Source of the DNA: Octopus sinensis
Lineage: Eukaryota
Direction: 5' to 3'
DNA length: 64,000 nt
Assembly: GCF_006345805.1 (NCBI RefSeq)
Contig: NC_043005.1
Location: 24,180,001-24,244,000 of the forward strand
Below the pieces are notes generated by a model. That model was not told the origin of the DNA. It worked only from the letters and a program-made list of their open reading frames with translations, and did not search any database. Shown in pieces: positions 1 through 12,661 of this stretch. Position 1 is the stretch's first letter; each line of letters begins with the position of its first letter. The position numbers and the translations under genes were made by a program.

Positions 1-106
1 CAGCAGATGTGAATGACATGAAGTGAAAAAACCAGACCGGATTATTTTATGCGCAACTCCATTGTCTCCCGAGACAAAAGGATGTCAACAACAACAAAAA
101 ACAACA

Positions 107-167
<61 letters not shown>

Positions 168-664
168 GGCTAACCCCTTTTAAGATGTTATGTCTGCTTT
201 TTGTATCCATCAGACCCTGCCCCGCAATCTTCCAACTCACTGCATGACATATTAAGCAAGTATATTTTAACATAACCATGCGTCTATCCAAGCGTTATAT
301 TTTTCTATATATTAACATATCGATTTTCTTTTGTCTACCTTGCTACTGTATTCATATATCTTCTAAATGTCTTAAAAAATTTTGTCACATAATTACTAGA
401 GGCTTTTAGAGCAAAGATATATTGAACATGATATATATGGACTATTTACATATTTAGCAATCTAGTTATTTATCGACTTCTATTTATTTTTTTCTACGTG
501 TTCATTAATCTATGACAAGCAATGACAAATTTATCACCGGGAGACATATTTTCCTTATCATAATTAGAATATAAAATTAGTGTATCAATAATTATTACTT
601 TAGAGGTACGTATCTTTTAAGACATTATGGTGAATATATATATATATATAATATATATATATAT

Positions 665-706
<42 letters not shown>

Positions 707-715
707 TATTATATA

Positions 716-768
<53 letters not shown>

Positions 769-794
769 GTATATATATATATATATAGTATATA

Positions 795-900
<106 letters not shown>

Positions 901-1011
901 TACACAAATATACATATATATGCATACACAAATATACATATATATATATAAAACAGAAATAATAAATAGAATCAAAAGGAAGGGGGAGTACGATTCGACA
1001 GCTGTTTGATG

Positions 1012-1115
1012 ACCACTACACGTTTCGATACAACATAGAGCCAGATATACACACGATTTAAATTCAAATTATGTAATCTTGTATAATAGGACTTAGTTGT
1101 ATCACCTCAGGTGAT
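1012..1115 (-). ncRNA. Type I hammerhead-like motif with altered core (CUGAGGU)
   Basis: Minus strand: atcac-CTGAGGT-gatacaac..(long loop)..gttgtatc-GAAA-c-gt-GTA-gtggt. Stem I 5 bp, stem II 8 bp, A9 position altered. Confidence 0.5.
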
Positions 1116-1195
1116 ATATAATCGCTGTCTCCGTAAGTAAATGTTTCATTTCGAGAACACGCTAGAATTGTTTGTATATCATAATAGTGTTTGCT

Positions 1196-1582
1196 GGAGG
1201 CGCAATGGCTCAGTGGTTAGAGCAGCGGACTCGCGGTCATAGGATCGCGGTTTCGATTCCCAGACCGGGCGTTGTGAATGTTTATTGAGCGAAAACACCT
1301 AAAAGCTCCACGAGGCTCCGGCAGGGGATGGTGGTGATCTCTGCTGTACTCTTTCACCACAACTTTCTCTCACTCTTACTTCCTGTTTCTCTTGTACCTG
1401 TATTTTAAGGGGCCGGCCTTGTCACTCTCTGTGTCACGCTGAATATCTCCGAGAACTACGTTAAGGGTGCACGTGTCTGTGGAGTGCTCAGCCACTTACA
1501 CGTTAATTTCACGAGCAGTCTGTTCCGTTGATTCGGATCAACCGGAACCCTCATCGTCGTAACCGACGGAGTGCTTCCATCC
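1196..1582 (+). mobile_element. tRNA-derived SINE (family B), full length with 10-bp TSD
   Basis: A box tggctcagtgg, B-box-like ggtttcgattcc. TSD agtgtttgct at 1186-1195 and 1583-1592. Near-identical copy at 5819-6201. Confidence 0.9.
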
Positions 1583-1829
1583 AGTGTTTGCTATCTGGTT
1601 ATTCTTAGAGATCAACGCAGTAGATGTACTGACAAGTTATATTCGTAGCCGCAGCTCATAACATCTCTTCAACTGAAGGGAGGTAAAATCATAGTCAGTT
1701 AATTTTGTAAACAACAACAAAATCCCGAATGAAACTCTATTGGCAAAATCTTGGGCGAGACAGTGTCACCATAGTTAGAAGCAATAACCAGGGCAACTAA
1801 TAACAAATATGCATTTAAAAGAACAAGTA

Positions 1830-2170
1830 TGACCTCTTGTATTCTCATTCTGAATGTTCTCAACACATCTTCCGGCAGTCTTCTGTATGTTGTCCTATTT
1901 TCTTAACATGCACATGTAATGATACGCTACTCATTGCAATTTCCAGGTCTCGAACAGTTTGCAAATTTAGTACTGCATTTCTTTCAAGCCTTGTGTATAC
2001 ATGTTGTTCTGTTTCGTAGGAATGGTAATGAAGCGACTGAATCTTGCATACGTTGAATTTCATGTTGCTTCCTTCGGCTCATCTTCGTAGAGATTAGAGG
2101 TCCTTTCTGTAAGTATTTTTTCAGTATGTTTTGTGCTTTTAATGTCTTTCAAATCTTCGTATTATCTGTA
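1830..2170 (-). mobile_element. Decayed CR1-like LINE fragment, region C-terminal to RT
   Basis: ORF 1860-2063 MKFNVCKIQSLHY...VRDLEIAMSS...HVHVKKI resembles the CR1 pattern MKFNxxKCxxLH...VRDLGIxMSxD...H. Stops present. Confidence 0.55.
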
Positions 2171-3180
2171 TAGCAAGGGAAAGATTTTATGTTGAAAACC
2201 GAAAGAAAGTTTCATAGAATTACTACAAAGAGTAATTTTTCCTAGGACTGTCAAAGTTGCACCCCGCTTTATACACACCCATATATTTCTATGTAAATAG
2301 ATATGTGTAGGTACATATGCACATATATATGTATATAGCTATACGGAAATATGTTTATAAATGATTATGTGTGTATGTGTTTATGTTGTGTGTGTGTGTG
2401 TGTTTTTATTTATATACATACGTAACATGCATTCATATATGCATACATATATACATAAATACACATACAAGCACATGCACATGCGTATACTGTAACATAC
2501 CGTAGTGTCTATCAACACGAACACTGATCTATCGCATTCTTGTTATGACCCAAACATTCTGTCAGAACATCCAACCATCGGCCACTCTCATTCGACCGAA
2601 AAAGCATTATGATTGCGCTCCTCAACACTCACATAAATGCATGATAAATAATCTCTGCTTGCCAGTAGTGAAATTATTTCCCCTTCTACATACTATCTTT
2701 CATTGTCAATTACTGAGCTACGTATACAGCTCATGCGGCCATGTAGCAACGTATAGATCACATAAAGCTACATACACATAGCATATAGTTTCCATGTTAT
2801 GTTGCTAATATATTAATATTATAAGACTCGTTATCTCACACATTTCTTACAATCCATATCTGACATCACAGTGTTGTCAAATATAATAAAATTTTGGCCT
2901 TTTGGCACCATGAGGTTGTTCATTCGACAAAGTGAAATAATAAATAGAATTATCAATTCCCCAGCAACTTGTCCACAGGAATGGACCTGATCAATGCAAG
3001 CAGCCACATATTCTTATTTAGAAGCCATTCTTATTTCTCTTCATCCGGATCCTAGATATTTGAGAACGGGAAGTTTTCTACGATTACGAAACTCCGAATG
3101 ATATAAAGGTTAGTCAACTTGTTAACAAACGCTGCATGAATTTCATTTCAGCGCTCAGTCATTTACATCATGAACCGTAG

Positions 3181-3470
3181 TATGTGTATGCGAGTGTGGG
3201 AATGTATGTACGTATGTATGCATGTATGTATGTATGTATGTATGTATGCATGTATGTATGTATGTATGTATGTATGTATGTATGTATGTATGTATGTATG
3301 GATGTATGTATGTATGTATCTATGTATGTATGTATGTATGCATGTATGTACGTATGTACGTATGTATTATGTATGTATGTATGCATGTATGTATGTATGT
3401 ATGCATGTATGTATGCATGTATGTATGTACGTATGTATGTATGTACATACATACATACATACATACATAC
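3181..3470. repeat. (TATG)n tetranucleotide microsatellite flipping to (TACA)n
   Basis: Direct reading. Explains the MYVC/HTYI pseudo-ORFs. Confidence 0.95.
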
Positions 3471-3861
3471 CAGGGACGTGCCGCCTAGGCAGGCAACGTA
3501 GGTAGTGCCTACCTTCAATAGAATAGATCGATAGCAACATTTTCCTTTGATGGTAAAATATGCATCTAATCCACTAAATTTATGACGGTTACTCTGATTA
3601 CTATGCATAAAATGCAAAATATTATTTGTTTTTTGTAGATTCGGTAGGCATAATTTGCCCTTGCTTTTCAATCTCCGTATTATAGCTACGCTTAGTACTG
3701 CTGCAGTACGCGTGCTGTGTACATTCTTACAACAATGTTTTCTTTACGTGTTATAAAGGCACAAGTAATGTGCGTATATATATATATATATATATACATA
3801 CGCACACACACATATATATATACATACATACATACACACACACACTCACATATATATATAT

Positions 3862-4988
3862 AATTTTGGGCCATTCTTCAGTTAAAACAGTCTCCAGTTC
3901 TTGTAGTGATGATGGTGGAAGATATTGGCTCCATACTTGTTTTTCTAAAATGCACCATGAATGTTCAATAATATTGAGATGTGGTGGCCAGATAAGATGT
4001 TCAACTTCACTAGAATGTCCCTTGTGTCATTCAGTAACAACTTTAGCTGTCTGGATTGATGCATTATCATCCTGAAAGATTGCGTTTCCCTCTGGAAACA
4101 GTTTCGCAACCATAGGATGATTTTGATAAGATAAAATGCTTATATAGTCTTGACTATGAATTCTACCATGAAGGAAAATTATTGGGCCGGCGTATTTCCA
4201 AGATAAACCCCACCCCTTGATCATCACAGATCCTCCTCCATGTTTGACAGTTGGAAGAAGGTAGTCTGGGACAAATACTTCCTTTGGCTGTCTCCACACG
4301 TATACTTGACCGGTAGTCGGAAATAAGGTAAAGGATGACTCGTCCGAAAATATAACTTTCTTCCACTGCTCTAGGAACCAATACTGTAGGTTTTTACTCC
4401 ACTCTAAACGCTTTGCAACTTTTATTTTTCAAAGTAGTGATTTTCTGATAGCAGCCCTCCCTTGAAATCCGGCTTTGTGCAGCTCCCGACGAACAGCGTT
4501 TGTGGAAACTGGGTTCTTGAGGTGGCAATTAAGCTCTGCAGTAATTTTGGGAACTGTACTTTTGTGATCCTTTCCAACAATTCGGGTAAGAGTCCAACGG
4601 TCCCTATCTGAAAGTTTTGGTTTTCTTCCGGAGTTTTGTTTCGACGAGGAGGTTTTTCCCTGTTTTTCAAAAGCTGTTATTACTTTCGAGATTGTACTTC
4701 TTGATACACCAAATATTTCGGCTGTTTTCCTTACGCTAGAACCTGCCATACGAGCACCAACAATTTGACCTCTTTGAAAGTCCGATAGATCTGTCATTTT
4801 AATTAATTTTTATAACCTATTTCTGATTATATCTGAAAAGAAACAGCAATTTTAGCAAAACATATTAAGCAACACTAATAATAATTAAAAAAAAACATAA
4901 AAATAAACAAGATTTTGATGGTTTTATAGATATTGCAAAATTACGATGCTATGATGCTAGGTGTTTCCATTATTTTGTCCAACCCCTG
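3862..4988 (-). mobile_element. Tc1-family DNA transposon, decayed, 3'-truncated
   Basis: ORFs 4429-4797 (MTDLSDFQRGQIVGAR..GRKPKLS..HTH) and 4027-4299 (PTVKHGGGSVM..FQDDNA), then WPP..LNIIE. One TIR (caggggttggacaaaataatggaaacacc) ending at TA 4989-4990. Frameshifts and stops. Confidence 0.92.
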
Positions 4989-5081
4989 TATATATACGCG
5001 TGTAGTTATAAATACTTGCCTTCTTACATGGGAATATATTATATATATATACATATATAAGTATGAATAATATATGTGTGA

Positions 5082-5114
<33 letters not shown>

Positions 5115-5115
5115 C

Positions 5116-5155
<40 letters not shown>

Positions 5156-5818
5156 GTATGATGATACACACAAACATGTTAAAGTCAAAATAACAGATGT
5201 AAATTAATATATATTCCGCGTATGTATACAAAGCTGTTGAGGAAATTAACATCGGAAAGGGACAAATGAAGCAATGTGACCCAGAATATTGCGATTTCTA
5301 TCACGCTGTATTTTGTCGTAAAAACACTTTGCAAAGAGATCTTTAATAACGGATGTTAACAGTAAAAAGCGATTGAGTATATGCTTAGAGTTATTCGGTC
5401 TTCAGTAATAATCCCATATAAAGAAAATATGTTTTTCCTGAAACTGAGGAGATTTGTCAATAAATATGTTATGAATTCATGCTTGAAGCAGTAATATAAT
5501 GAAATATAATGATGTTCCACGGCAAAAAAGATGCTAAAGAGTAATCATTTTATGTATATTAAGATAAATGTATTTATTTATTAAATTTGTATCTTTCACG
5601 GATGCTAAATGACGTTTCTAACACTTGCAGCAGTAAATTAACGTGTATGATGCCCTCATAAGCGAATAGGTTTTGAATAGCAGCTGACATCATAAGTCAG
5701 TCAAATGTGCCATGATGCTAGTTGTTATTCCTCACTCAGTATGAATAAAGAGAATCTTTATGTTCACAATATATATATATATATAGATATATATATATAT
5801 ATACATATGCATACATGT

Positions 5819-6201
5819 GGAGGCGCAATGATCCAGTGGTTAGGGCAGCGGACTCGCGGTCATAGGATCGCGGTTTCGATTCCCAGACCGGGCATTGTGA
5901 GTGTTATTGAGCGAAACAAACCTAAAAGCTCCACGAGGCTCCGGCAGGGGATGGTGGTGATCCCTGCTGTACTCTTTCCCCACAACTTTCTCTCACTCTT
6001 ACTTCCTTTTCTGTTCTGTTGTACCTGTTTTCAAAGGGCCGGCCTTGTCACTCTCTGTGTCACGCTGAATATCCCCGAGAACTGCGTTAAGGGTACACGT
6101 GTCTGTGGGATGCTCCCACTTACACGTTAATTCACGAGCAGGCTGTTCCGTTGATCGGATCAACCGGAACCCTCGTCGTCGTAACCGACGGAGTGCTTCC
6201 A
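5819..6201 (+). mobile_element. tRNA-derived SINE (family B)
   Basis: Collinear with 1196-1582. Confidence 0.9.
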
Positions 6202-6289
6202 CGACCATACATATGAAGTGGGGGTACACGACAAAACCAACGGCTGCGAGTTTACTTTAACAACTTCGGCCACAGATTAATCAGATGCT

Positions 6290-6440
6290 TGCATGTCAGT
6301 GTGGTTCAGAAGCTGGCTTTGCAGCCACGTTTTCGTGTTCACACAGTGCTGCACTTTGGGCGAGTGTCTTCTACAAGAGTCACGGGTCACCCAATATCTT
6401 GATAGACGGAACACAGAAGCAATGTGAATGCCCACCGTAT
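6290..6440 (+). mobile_element. Old diverged SINE family A 5' half
   Basis: gtgtggttcagaagc..ctttgggcgagtgtcttctac..agacggaac match the family A head and core. Confidence 0.55.
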
Positions 6441-6521
6441 ATATATATCTATATATATATATATTATATATATACACATACATACAAACACACCTACATA
6501 CAACATGTATTTATATATATA

Positions 6522-6695
6522 GGCGCAGGAGTGGTTGTATGGTAAGAAGCCTGCTTCCCAACCACATGGTTCCGGGTTGAGTCCCACAGTGTGGTACCTT
6601 GGGCAAGTGTCTTCTACTATAGCATCAGGCTGACCAAGCCTTGTAAGTGGATTGGTAGTAGACGGAAATTGAAAGAAGCTAGTCGTATAATATAT

Positions 6696-6727
<32 letters not shown>

Positions 6728-7015
6728 CATACCACACACATATATATATATGCGTATGTGTGACGTGTGTGTATGTGCGCGTGTGTGTGTTTATATGTGT
6801 GTGTCAGTATTTGTATCCCCGCCATTGCTTAACATCCGATGCTGGTATATTTATGTCCCCAAACTTAGCGGTTCGGCAAATGATATCATGTCAAGAAGTA
6901 CTAGGCTTATAACGAATTCGTCCTGGGATCGATTTCTTCGACGAAAACCCTTTAAGGCGGTGCTCCAGCATGGCCGCAGTCAAATGACTGAAATGAGTAA
7001 AAGAATAAAAGAATA
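6522..7015 (+). mobile_element. tRNA-derived SINE (family A) with internal microsatellite
   Basis: Head ggcgcaggagtgg..ccgggttgagtccc, core ccttgggcaagtgtcttctactatagc, central AT/GT tract, tail gctccagcatggccgcagtcaaatgactgaaa..(aaaaga)n. Confidence 0.9.
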
Positions 7016-7100
7016 CGTACATACATACACACATATATGTATATATGTATATGTATATATGTATATATGTATATAATACATATACATACATATATATACT

Positions 7101-7176
<76 letters not shown>

Positions 7177-7182
7177 CATAAG

Positions 7183-7220
<38 letters not shown>

Positions 7221-7384
7221 TAAAGAGAGATAAAGAGAGAGGGAGAGGGAGAGAGAGAGAGCTAATAGCGAGGAATTATGAGACCGGACAAAATACTTCA
7301 TAGGCTCGCTATTGGTGCACCAGGTTGACGATATTGTTTAGATCAGTGAAGAATTCCCAGTATTCTTATGGCAGGGTCTGAGGG

Positions 7385-7660
7385 TATATATGTATATATC
7401 CCGTGATCGTGTGACAAACCAGACTATCAGATGTTGCTATTATACGTCGCTGGTCACAATGCGCTTTACATCGTTTTAGCCATCGAATGACGCCATCTCG
7501 CTGGCTAGGCGTTCAGGCCTTCACTCATCCTTGATAGAAAGTGGACTGGAGCATCGTGAAATGAAGTGTGTTGTTGAAGAACACAACTCACCGCCCGATC
7601 TGGGACTCGAACCAGGACCTACAGATGGTGAGTGCACCGCCCTAATCACCAGACTACACA
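7385..7660 (-). mobile_element. tRNA-derived SINE (family D)
   Basis: Minus strand has B box ggttcgagtccc, then ttgtgttcttcaacaacacacttcatttcacg, also seen at 12740-12780 on +. Confidence 0.7.
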
Positions 7661-7661
7661 C

Positions 7662-7723
<62 letters not shown>

Positions 7724-7739
7724 ACGCGCGCGTGTTTGT

Positions 7740-7915
7740 CTACATCACTTGACAACCGGTGTTAGTTTCATTTTATGTTCCTGTAAATAAAAATTTCGGC
7801 AAAAGGAACCGATAGAATTAGAACTTGAATTAAAAAATAAAATACTGAGCTCGATTATCGTGTATGATGCCCTCATAAGCTTTATCCCAGCATGGCCGCA
7901 GTAAATGAATGACGC
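7740..7915 (+). mobile_element. SINE family A 3' half, diverged
   Basis: cacttgacaaccg..ccgatagaat..cagcatggccgcagt. Confidence 0.7.
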
Positions 7916-8488
7916 AACAAAAGATCAGTGGTTCGTGCACCTTGGTTTTGTTTACGCCAATATTACGAATTTCAAGTGTAATGCAGTGCTTGGACTACGT
8001 ACTTTTGAATAGTTGTATGACACAAAGTTCTTTCCAATTAATACGTATAATATCTTCTAGCTTAATGGGAAAATGCGTTTATAATCGAACTGCAACGACT
8101 ATCAAAGCCGGTCAAGTATAGAAATCTCTACTGAATAAACATTGAAAAGGAGATAATGTCTTTGATTTTGAATTAAAATGTTAGAAATCTTTTCGCGAAT
8201 TAGATTTCTAGTAGCAAAGATACCGTAGCAGAATTCTTGAGATTTTCAATTCCGTCTGTAAGATTCTGATGTAATGCGAACCAAGGAAATAACTGCTCTT
8301 GAAGTCTTCAAAAGCAGTAATTTGGTAAGACTCGTCAGTTGTATCAGAGGAACGTATCTAATATATCTATATACCATTATATTTTTATTATATTGTCATA
8401 TTATTATATTATTATCTATATAGTTACCTTATGGCAAGAATTGTCTGTATGTTTAACGTATGGCAAGGATTATCTGTATATTTATTTT

Positions 8489-8560
8489 TCCTCCTCACTT
8501 TTTCTTACTACTACTACATATATATATATATGTAGTAGTAGTAAGAAAAAGTGAGGAGGA
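8489..8560. repeat. Perfect 72-bp palindrome
   Basis: Arm tcctcctcactttttcttactactactaca, then (ta)6, then its exact reverse complement. Confidence 0.95.
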
Positions 8561-8633
8561 GAATTTCGATTATCCGCACGTGGTGAGTTGCAATGCATCA
8601 AATATATATATTTTATAAAAGAAAGAGTATTGT

Positions 8634-10150
8634 GTTTGTCGACCGGTTTTGCTTTCGCTAATCATGACTCATGACATTGAAATTATAATAATTTCGTATT
8701 TTCTTAAGCAGATTTTAGTCCATATTGTTTATGGGAGTTTGTTAATGAAATTAGTCATAAATATATATTTACACAAAAGCTTAAAAGCTAAAGTAGTGAA
8801 TTAAAATATATAATAAAACCAAAATTGGTTATGCGTTCATATTTATGCGTGTTCTGTATTTTTCGATGGATGAATTTTCTTTATTTAAACGGTCTGGTAC
8901 ATAAATTGTTTCTTGGCACTGGTAGATGAGGAAAACTGTGAAACTTGATTGGATATTACCTGCACATCTATCTATGTGTTCACTCAAAGGAATCTGTCTG
9001 TACTGTGGGAAGCGGATCTGTTCGTCATGTAGTGAAGTTCTCCGTCTAAGTGGGTTTTAATTGTGAACCTCTCTCCTTGTTTGAATTGGAATTCCAAGCC
9101 TTTCAACAGGTTGGGTCATATTCCACAGTTTGGACGTCCACATCTTTTAACCATTGCTTTCGTAGTTGTTTAGTAAAGCTTCGCATATGTCAGAAATCTA
9201 TTCAGCGATTTGTGTTGCTTTTTGAATTTTTGAATTAATGTTTCCAGAGTTGTGTTCATTTTTGGATCCTTAGTAAGCATAGGTAGATTGTACAATAGTG
9301 TTTTATGCCTCAATGTTTCTAGGGTTATGAGTTGATATATACGGTGGTGTTTTGAGATGTTGTGTAGTGTTACGTTTTAATGACTAATTTCTTGGCACGC
9401 TTAATTCTATAGTCTATAAGTGCGGGTGGATATTATCTCTCTGTAAGTGTTGTTCTGGGGTCTTGAAGACAAAGGTCCTGGGTATTTTCATCAGACACTA
9501 TTGTGCAGATCCTTCTTTGCTAAATTAAAGAGGCTGTTCTTTTTATGTGTTTCGGGTGGCATGAGCTTAACAGGAGATATTGCTTCAAGTCCGTTGGTTT
9601 ATGATAAATGTCAGTTACAATTTGGTTGTTGACTTTTTATCGTAACATCTAAAAATGGAACTGTTCTTTGCTATAATCCATTATAAATTGAATGTTAGGG
9701 TTTATATTATTTAGTATTGAGTTAAATTCCAAAAGTTTATAAATGGTCTCATTCCAATGATAAAGCAGTCGTCCAGATATCTTTTCCAGTGTTTTCATAT
9801 ATAATGGTGAAATGGGTGTACATATTATTCCAGTGACACTTCATATATGGTGAATTCAAAATATCTCATTATTAGGTTCGCAAGAACAGGGGATGCTTTT
9901 GTTCCCATCGCAATTCCACATTTTTGATGATAGGAAGTTTCAGCAAATAAGAAATAATTGTCCTGAAGTATAAATGTTTAAGTTCCGGATAATAAATTTC
10001 ACCAATTACCTCTCCTAAGATTTTTCTACCTGTTGATTCATTTCATACAAAAGCTCTTATAAGCAACATAGATGAAAATCTTCTGAGGAAAATACGAAAT
10101 TATTATAATTTCAATGTCATAATTAGTGAAAAGCAAAAACCGGTCGACAA
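8634..10150 (-). mobile_element. Penelope-like element remnant (RT + GIY-YIG) between inverted terminal-repeat remnants
   Basis: Minus strand reads GIAMGTKASPVLANLIMRYFE, RYLDDCFI, LPFLDV, FNLAKRICTIVSDEN and a FPQYRQIPLSEHID-like GIY-YIG tail. About 80-bp inverted repeats at 8634-8716 and 10075-10150 contain aaaccggtcgaca. Confidence 0.85.
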
Positions 10151-10240
10151 ACGGTATTTCGTCTGTGTTTACGTTCTGAGTTCAAATTCCGCCGAGGTCA
10201 ATCCTTCCTTCCCAAAAATTTCGGGCCTACGGTTCGTAAA
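10150..10240 (+). mobile_element. SINE family C fragment
   Basis: cggtatttcgtctg..gttctgagttcaaattccgccgaggtc. Confidence 0.75.
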
Positions 10241-11077
10241 GTATTTGAGAAGATACCTTTTTGGGTCATTTTTTGCTAACTCTGTATAAGGAGCAGGATA
10301 CAGAGGATGGAAACGTATCACCAGTATCAAAGCATAAAAAGCATTCTAAACGCTCTGAAATCATCAGAACATCTGAATTTATTCAGATCATTGATTACAA
10401 TCCCAGAAAAATCCACGAGGGCAAATTATAAAAGATCTCCATATGTCAGAAGGAACAGTCAGAAATGTTGTCCACGAAGACATGTGAAAGGTCAAGAACA
10501 TTACTACATCGGATCTAAAAGTCTCATAAACAAACTGAAAAATCCAGCAGCAGAAGATATGATTTGGTTTTTCTGTGGTCTGTGCACATCTATCTGTGTA
10601 TTTTGATGTATGTATGTATATTGATGGTTTAGTATGAGTATATACTGTTGTGAAATATTTTAATATATTTTAATTTCAATTTTTATGTATTAATTGTATT
10701 AATCGAATTATATTTTCTACATAATTAATGACAATATGTATTTGAATCAACTCTTCAATTTAAGGTTTTTCCTCGATTTTCATAATTTATATTGAACTCA
10801 TTTATTTTGTTTTCTTTATTTTGTTTATCGCTTGCCTATAACCGTTATTTGAAAGGACCAATGAAACATCCATTTTTAAAGGTGTATCGTTTAGCTAGCT
10901 TTGATCAAATTGTTATTTCGGTTGTATTTTAACCGAACTGTCCGACGAACGGGAATGTGAAACGTAACAACTTTTGTTATATTTCTGCTGCTTTTAAATT
11001 AAGCATATTACTCTACCTCTGGTATTTGAGTACTCTTTATTCCACCTTGTTTCACATTTATATGCTTACTCGGGTAG

Positions 11078-11142
<65 letters not shown>

Positions 11143-11356
11143 AGTAGTCACCAGGCGTCGCTGTTGACTGTCTGTTCGAAGATTTATATATATTCAGTGG
11201 AACACAGCCACTGATTTTCAAAAATAGAAATATTATTATTTCTAAATATCTCTGTAAAGTAGACTACAGCAGCAGTACTGTGTATTATTAGTTATCACCA
11301 AAATAACATGGAATAAAATAGGACATATATGTTTGTGTGTGTGTGTGTGTGTGTGC

Positions 11357-11456
11357 NNNNNNNNNNNNNNNNNNNNNNNNNNNNNNNNNNNNNNNNNNNN
11401 NNNNNNNNNNNNNNNNNNNNNNNNNNNNNNNNNNNNNNNNNNNNNNNNNNNNNNNN
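11357..11456. other. Assembly gap (100 N)
   Basis: Run of N between a (GT)n and an (ATT)n tract. Confidence 1.
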
Positions 11457-11597
11457 TATTATTGTTATTATTATTACTATTTGTGCATTATTTTCGTCAT
11501 CATTGCTATTATTTCAATTTTTATCATTTTAACGTGTTCGTATCTAAGGATATGTGAGTGTATGTGTGTATATGTATGAGAATAAATTATACATGTA

Positions 11598-11775
11598 AGG
11601 CGCCGAGCTGGCAGATACGTTAGCATGCCGGGCGAGATGCTTAGCGGTATTTCGTCTGTCTTTACGCTCTGAGTTCAAATTCCGCCGTGGTAGACTTTGC
11701 CTCTCGTCCTTTGGCGGTAGATAAATTAAGTACCAGTTGCCTACTGGGGTCAATCTAATCGACTGCTCCCTCCCC
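11598..11775 (+). mobile_element. tRNA-derived SINE (family C)
   Basis: ggcgccgagctggcag..gagttcaaattccgcc..taagtaccagttg..ctggggtcaatctaatcgac. Confidence 0.85.
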
Positions 11776-12180
11776 GTAGCAAAGGGGAGAAAAAGAAAAT
11801 AGAAAAAGAACGGGACATTGCCGGCGGTTGATGGTACACTGCCGGCATGCCCTGAGACTTTGTCGGTGGAAAGTGTGCCACCGACAGAGGAAACTGTGAC
11901 ACCTCCCAGAGCGATGAGAGATGATTATGTTACCTTCCTCCATAAGGGAGGGGCAATACAGAGCTTCTTAAAGAAGAGGGCCGGAGGGAGGAGCCCATGC
12001 CCTGGACTGAAGACCCGGATTGGCCTCCGCAGGTGACTACGGAGGTCATATTGGAAGTCGATATGTTCAGGGTGTTGGACTCCTTCCCGAAGGACCAGTT
12101 TAGGTTCGCCTTCTGGGGCCCCCACCTGGAGCATTGCCTGTGGGAGGCATACAATATGGTCGGGGAGGAAGGATAAAGAG
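11775..12180 (+). mobile_element. GC-rich frameshifted coding fragment, possibly LINE ORF1 C-terminus
   Basis: + strand reads PAVDGTLPACPETLSVESVPP..YVTFLHKGGAIQSFLK, then after a frameshift EEPMPWTEDPDWPPQVTTEVILEVDMFRVLDSFPKDQFRFAFWGPHLEHCLWEAYNMVGEEG*. Composition is like the Tx1 fragment at 23.6-24.3 kb. Confidence 0.4.
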
Positions 12181-12459
12181 GTTTTAGTGCCTAAAATGTT
12201 TATTGTATGTTATTGTATGTAAGAGGCTCAGCGCCTCAATTTGCAATGGACTAATAAGTCCAGTAATTGTAAGAACTGAGGTAAGAGGTTTAATACCTTG
12301 TTTTGTTTTTTGAAGAACAATGTTTTAGAGAAGCAGAAGATCGACGGGCATCTTTTGCTCCTCTCATTAATATCATTATTTCGTTTATCATTCCATTTCA
12401 TTAATGTAATGTCCAGCCCACAGCTACATCTATGTAATGCTCTTGTGGTAAATTATATG

Positions 12460-12590
12460 AATAAAAGTAGCTTGCTTACCAACCACATGGTTCCGGGTTC
12501 AGTCCCACTGCATGGCATCTTGGGCAAGTGTCTTCTACTATTGCCTCGGGCTGACCAAAGCCTTGTGAGTGGATTTGGTAGACGTATGTA
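12460..12590 (+). mobile_element. SINE family A 5' half
   Basis: agtagcttgcttaccaaccacatggttccgggttcagtccc..ggatttggtagacg. Confidence 0.85.
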
Positions 12591-12661
12591 TGTGTGTGCT
12601 TATAAGCGTGTATGTTTATAATCATGTGTGTATATGCGTTTAAATGTATGTATACATATAA

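Noticed and set aside
1196-1270. tRNA gene calls for SINE heads
   Set aside because: A/B boxes are present but the cloverleaf is degenerate and continues into repeat bodies, so these are SINEs.
3471-3700. GC-rich cagggacgtgccg start suggesting a hAT-type MITE
   Set aside because: No matching inverted terminus or 8-bp TSD found.
5340-5404. Additional CUGANGA hits (5398, 21648, 45938, 50405, 51432, 53322)
   Set aside because: Each lacks GAAA or a stem I partner; at most relics, and not called as ribozymes.
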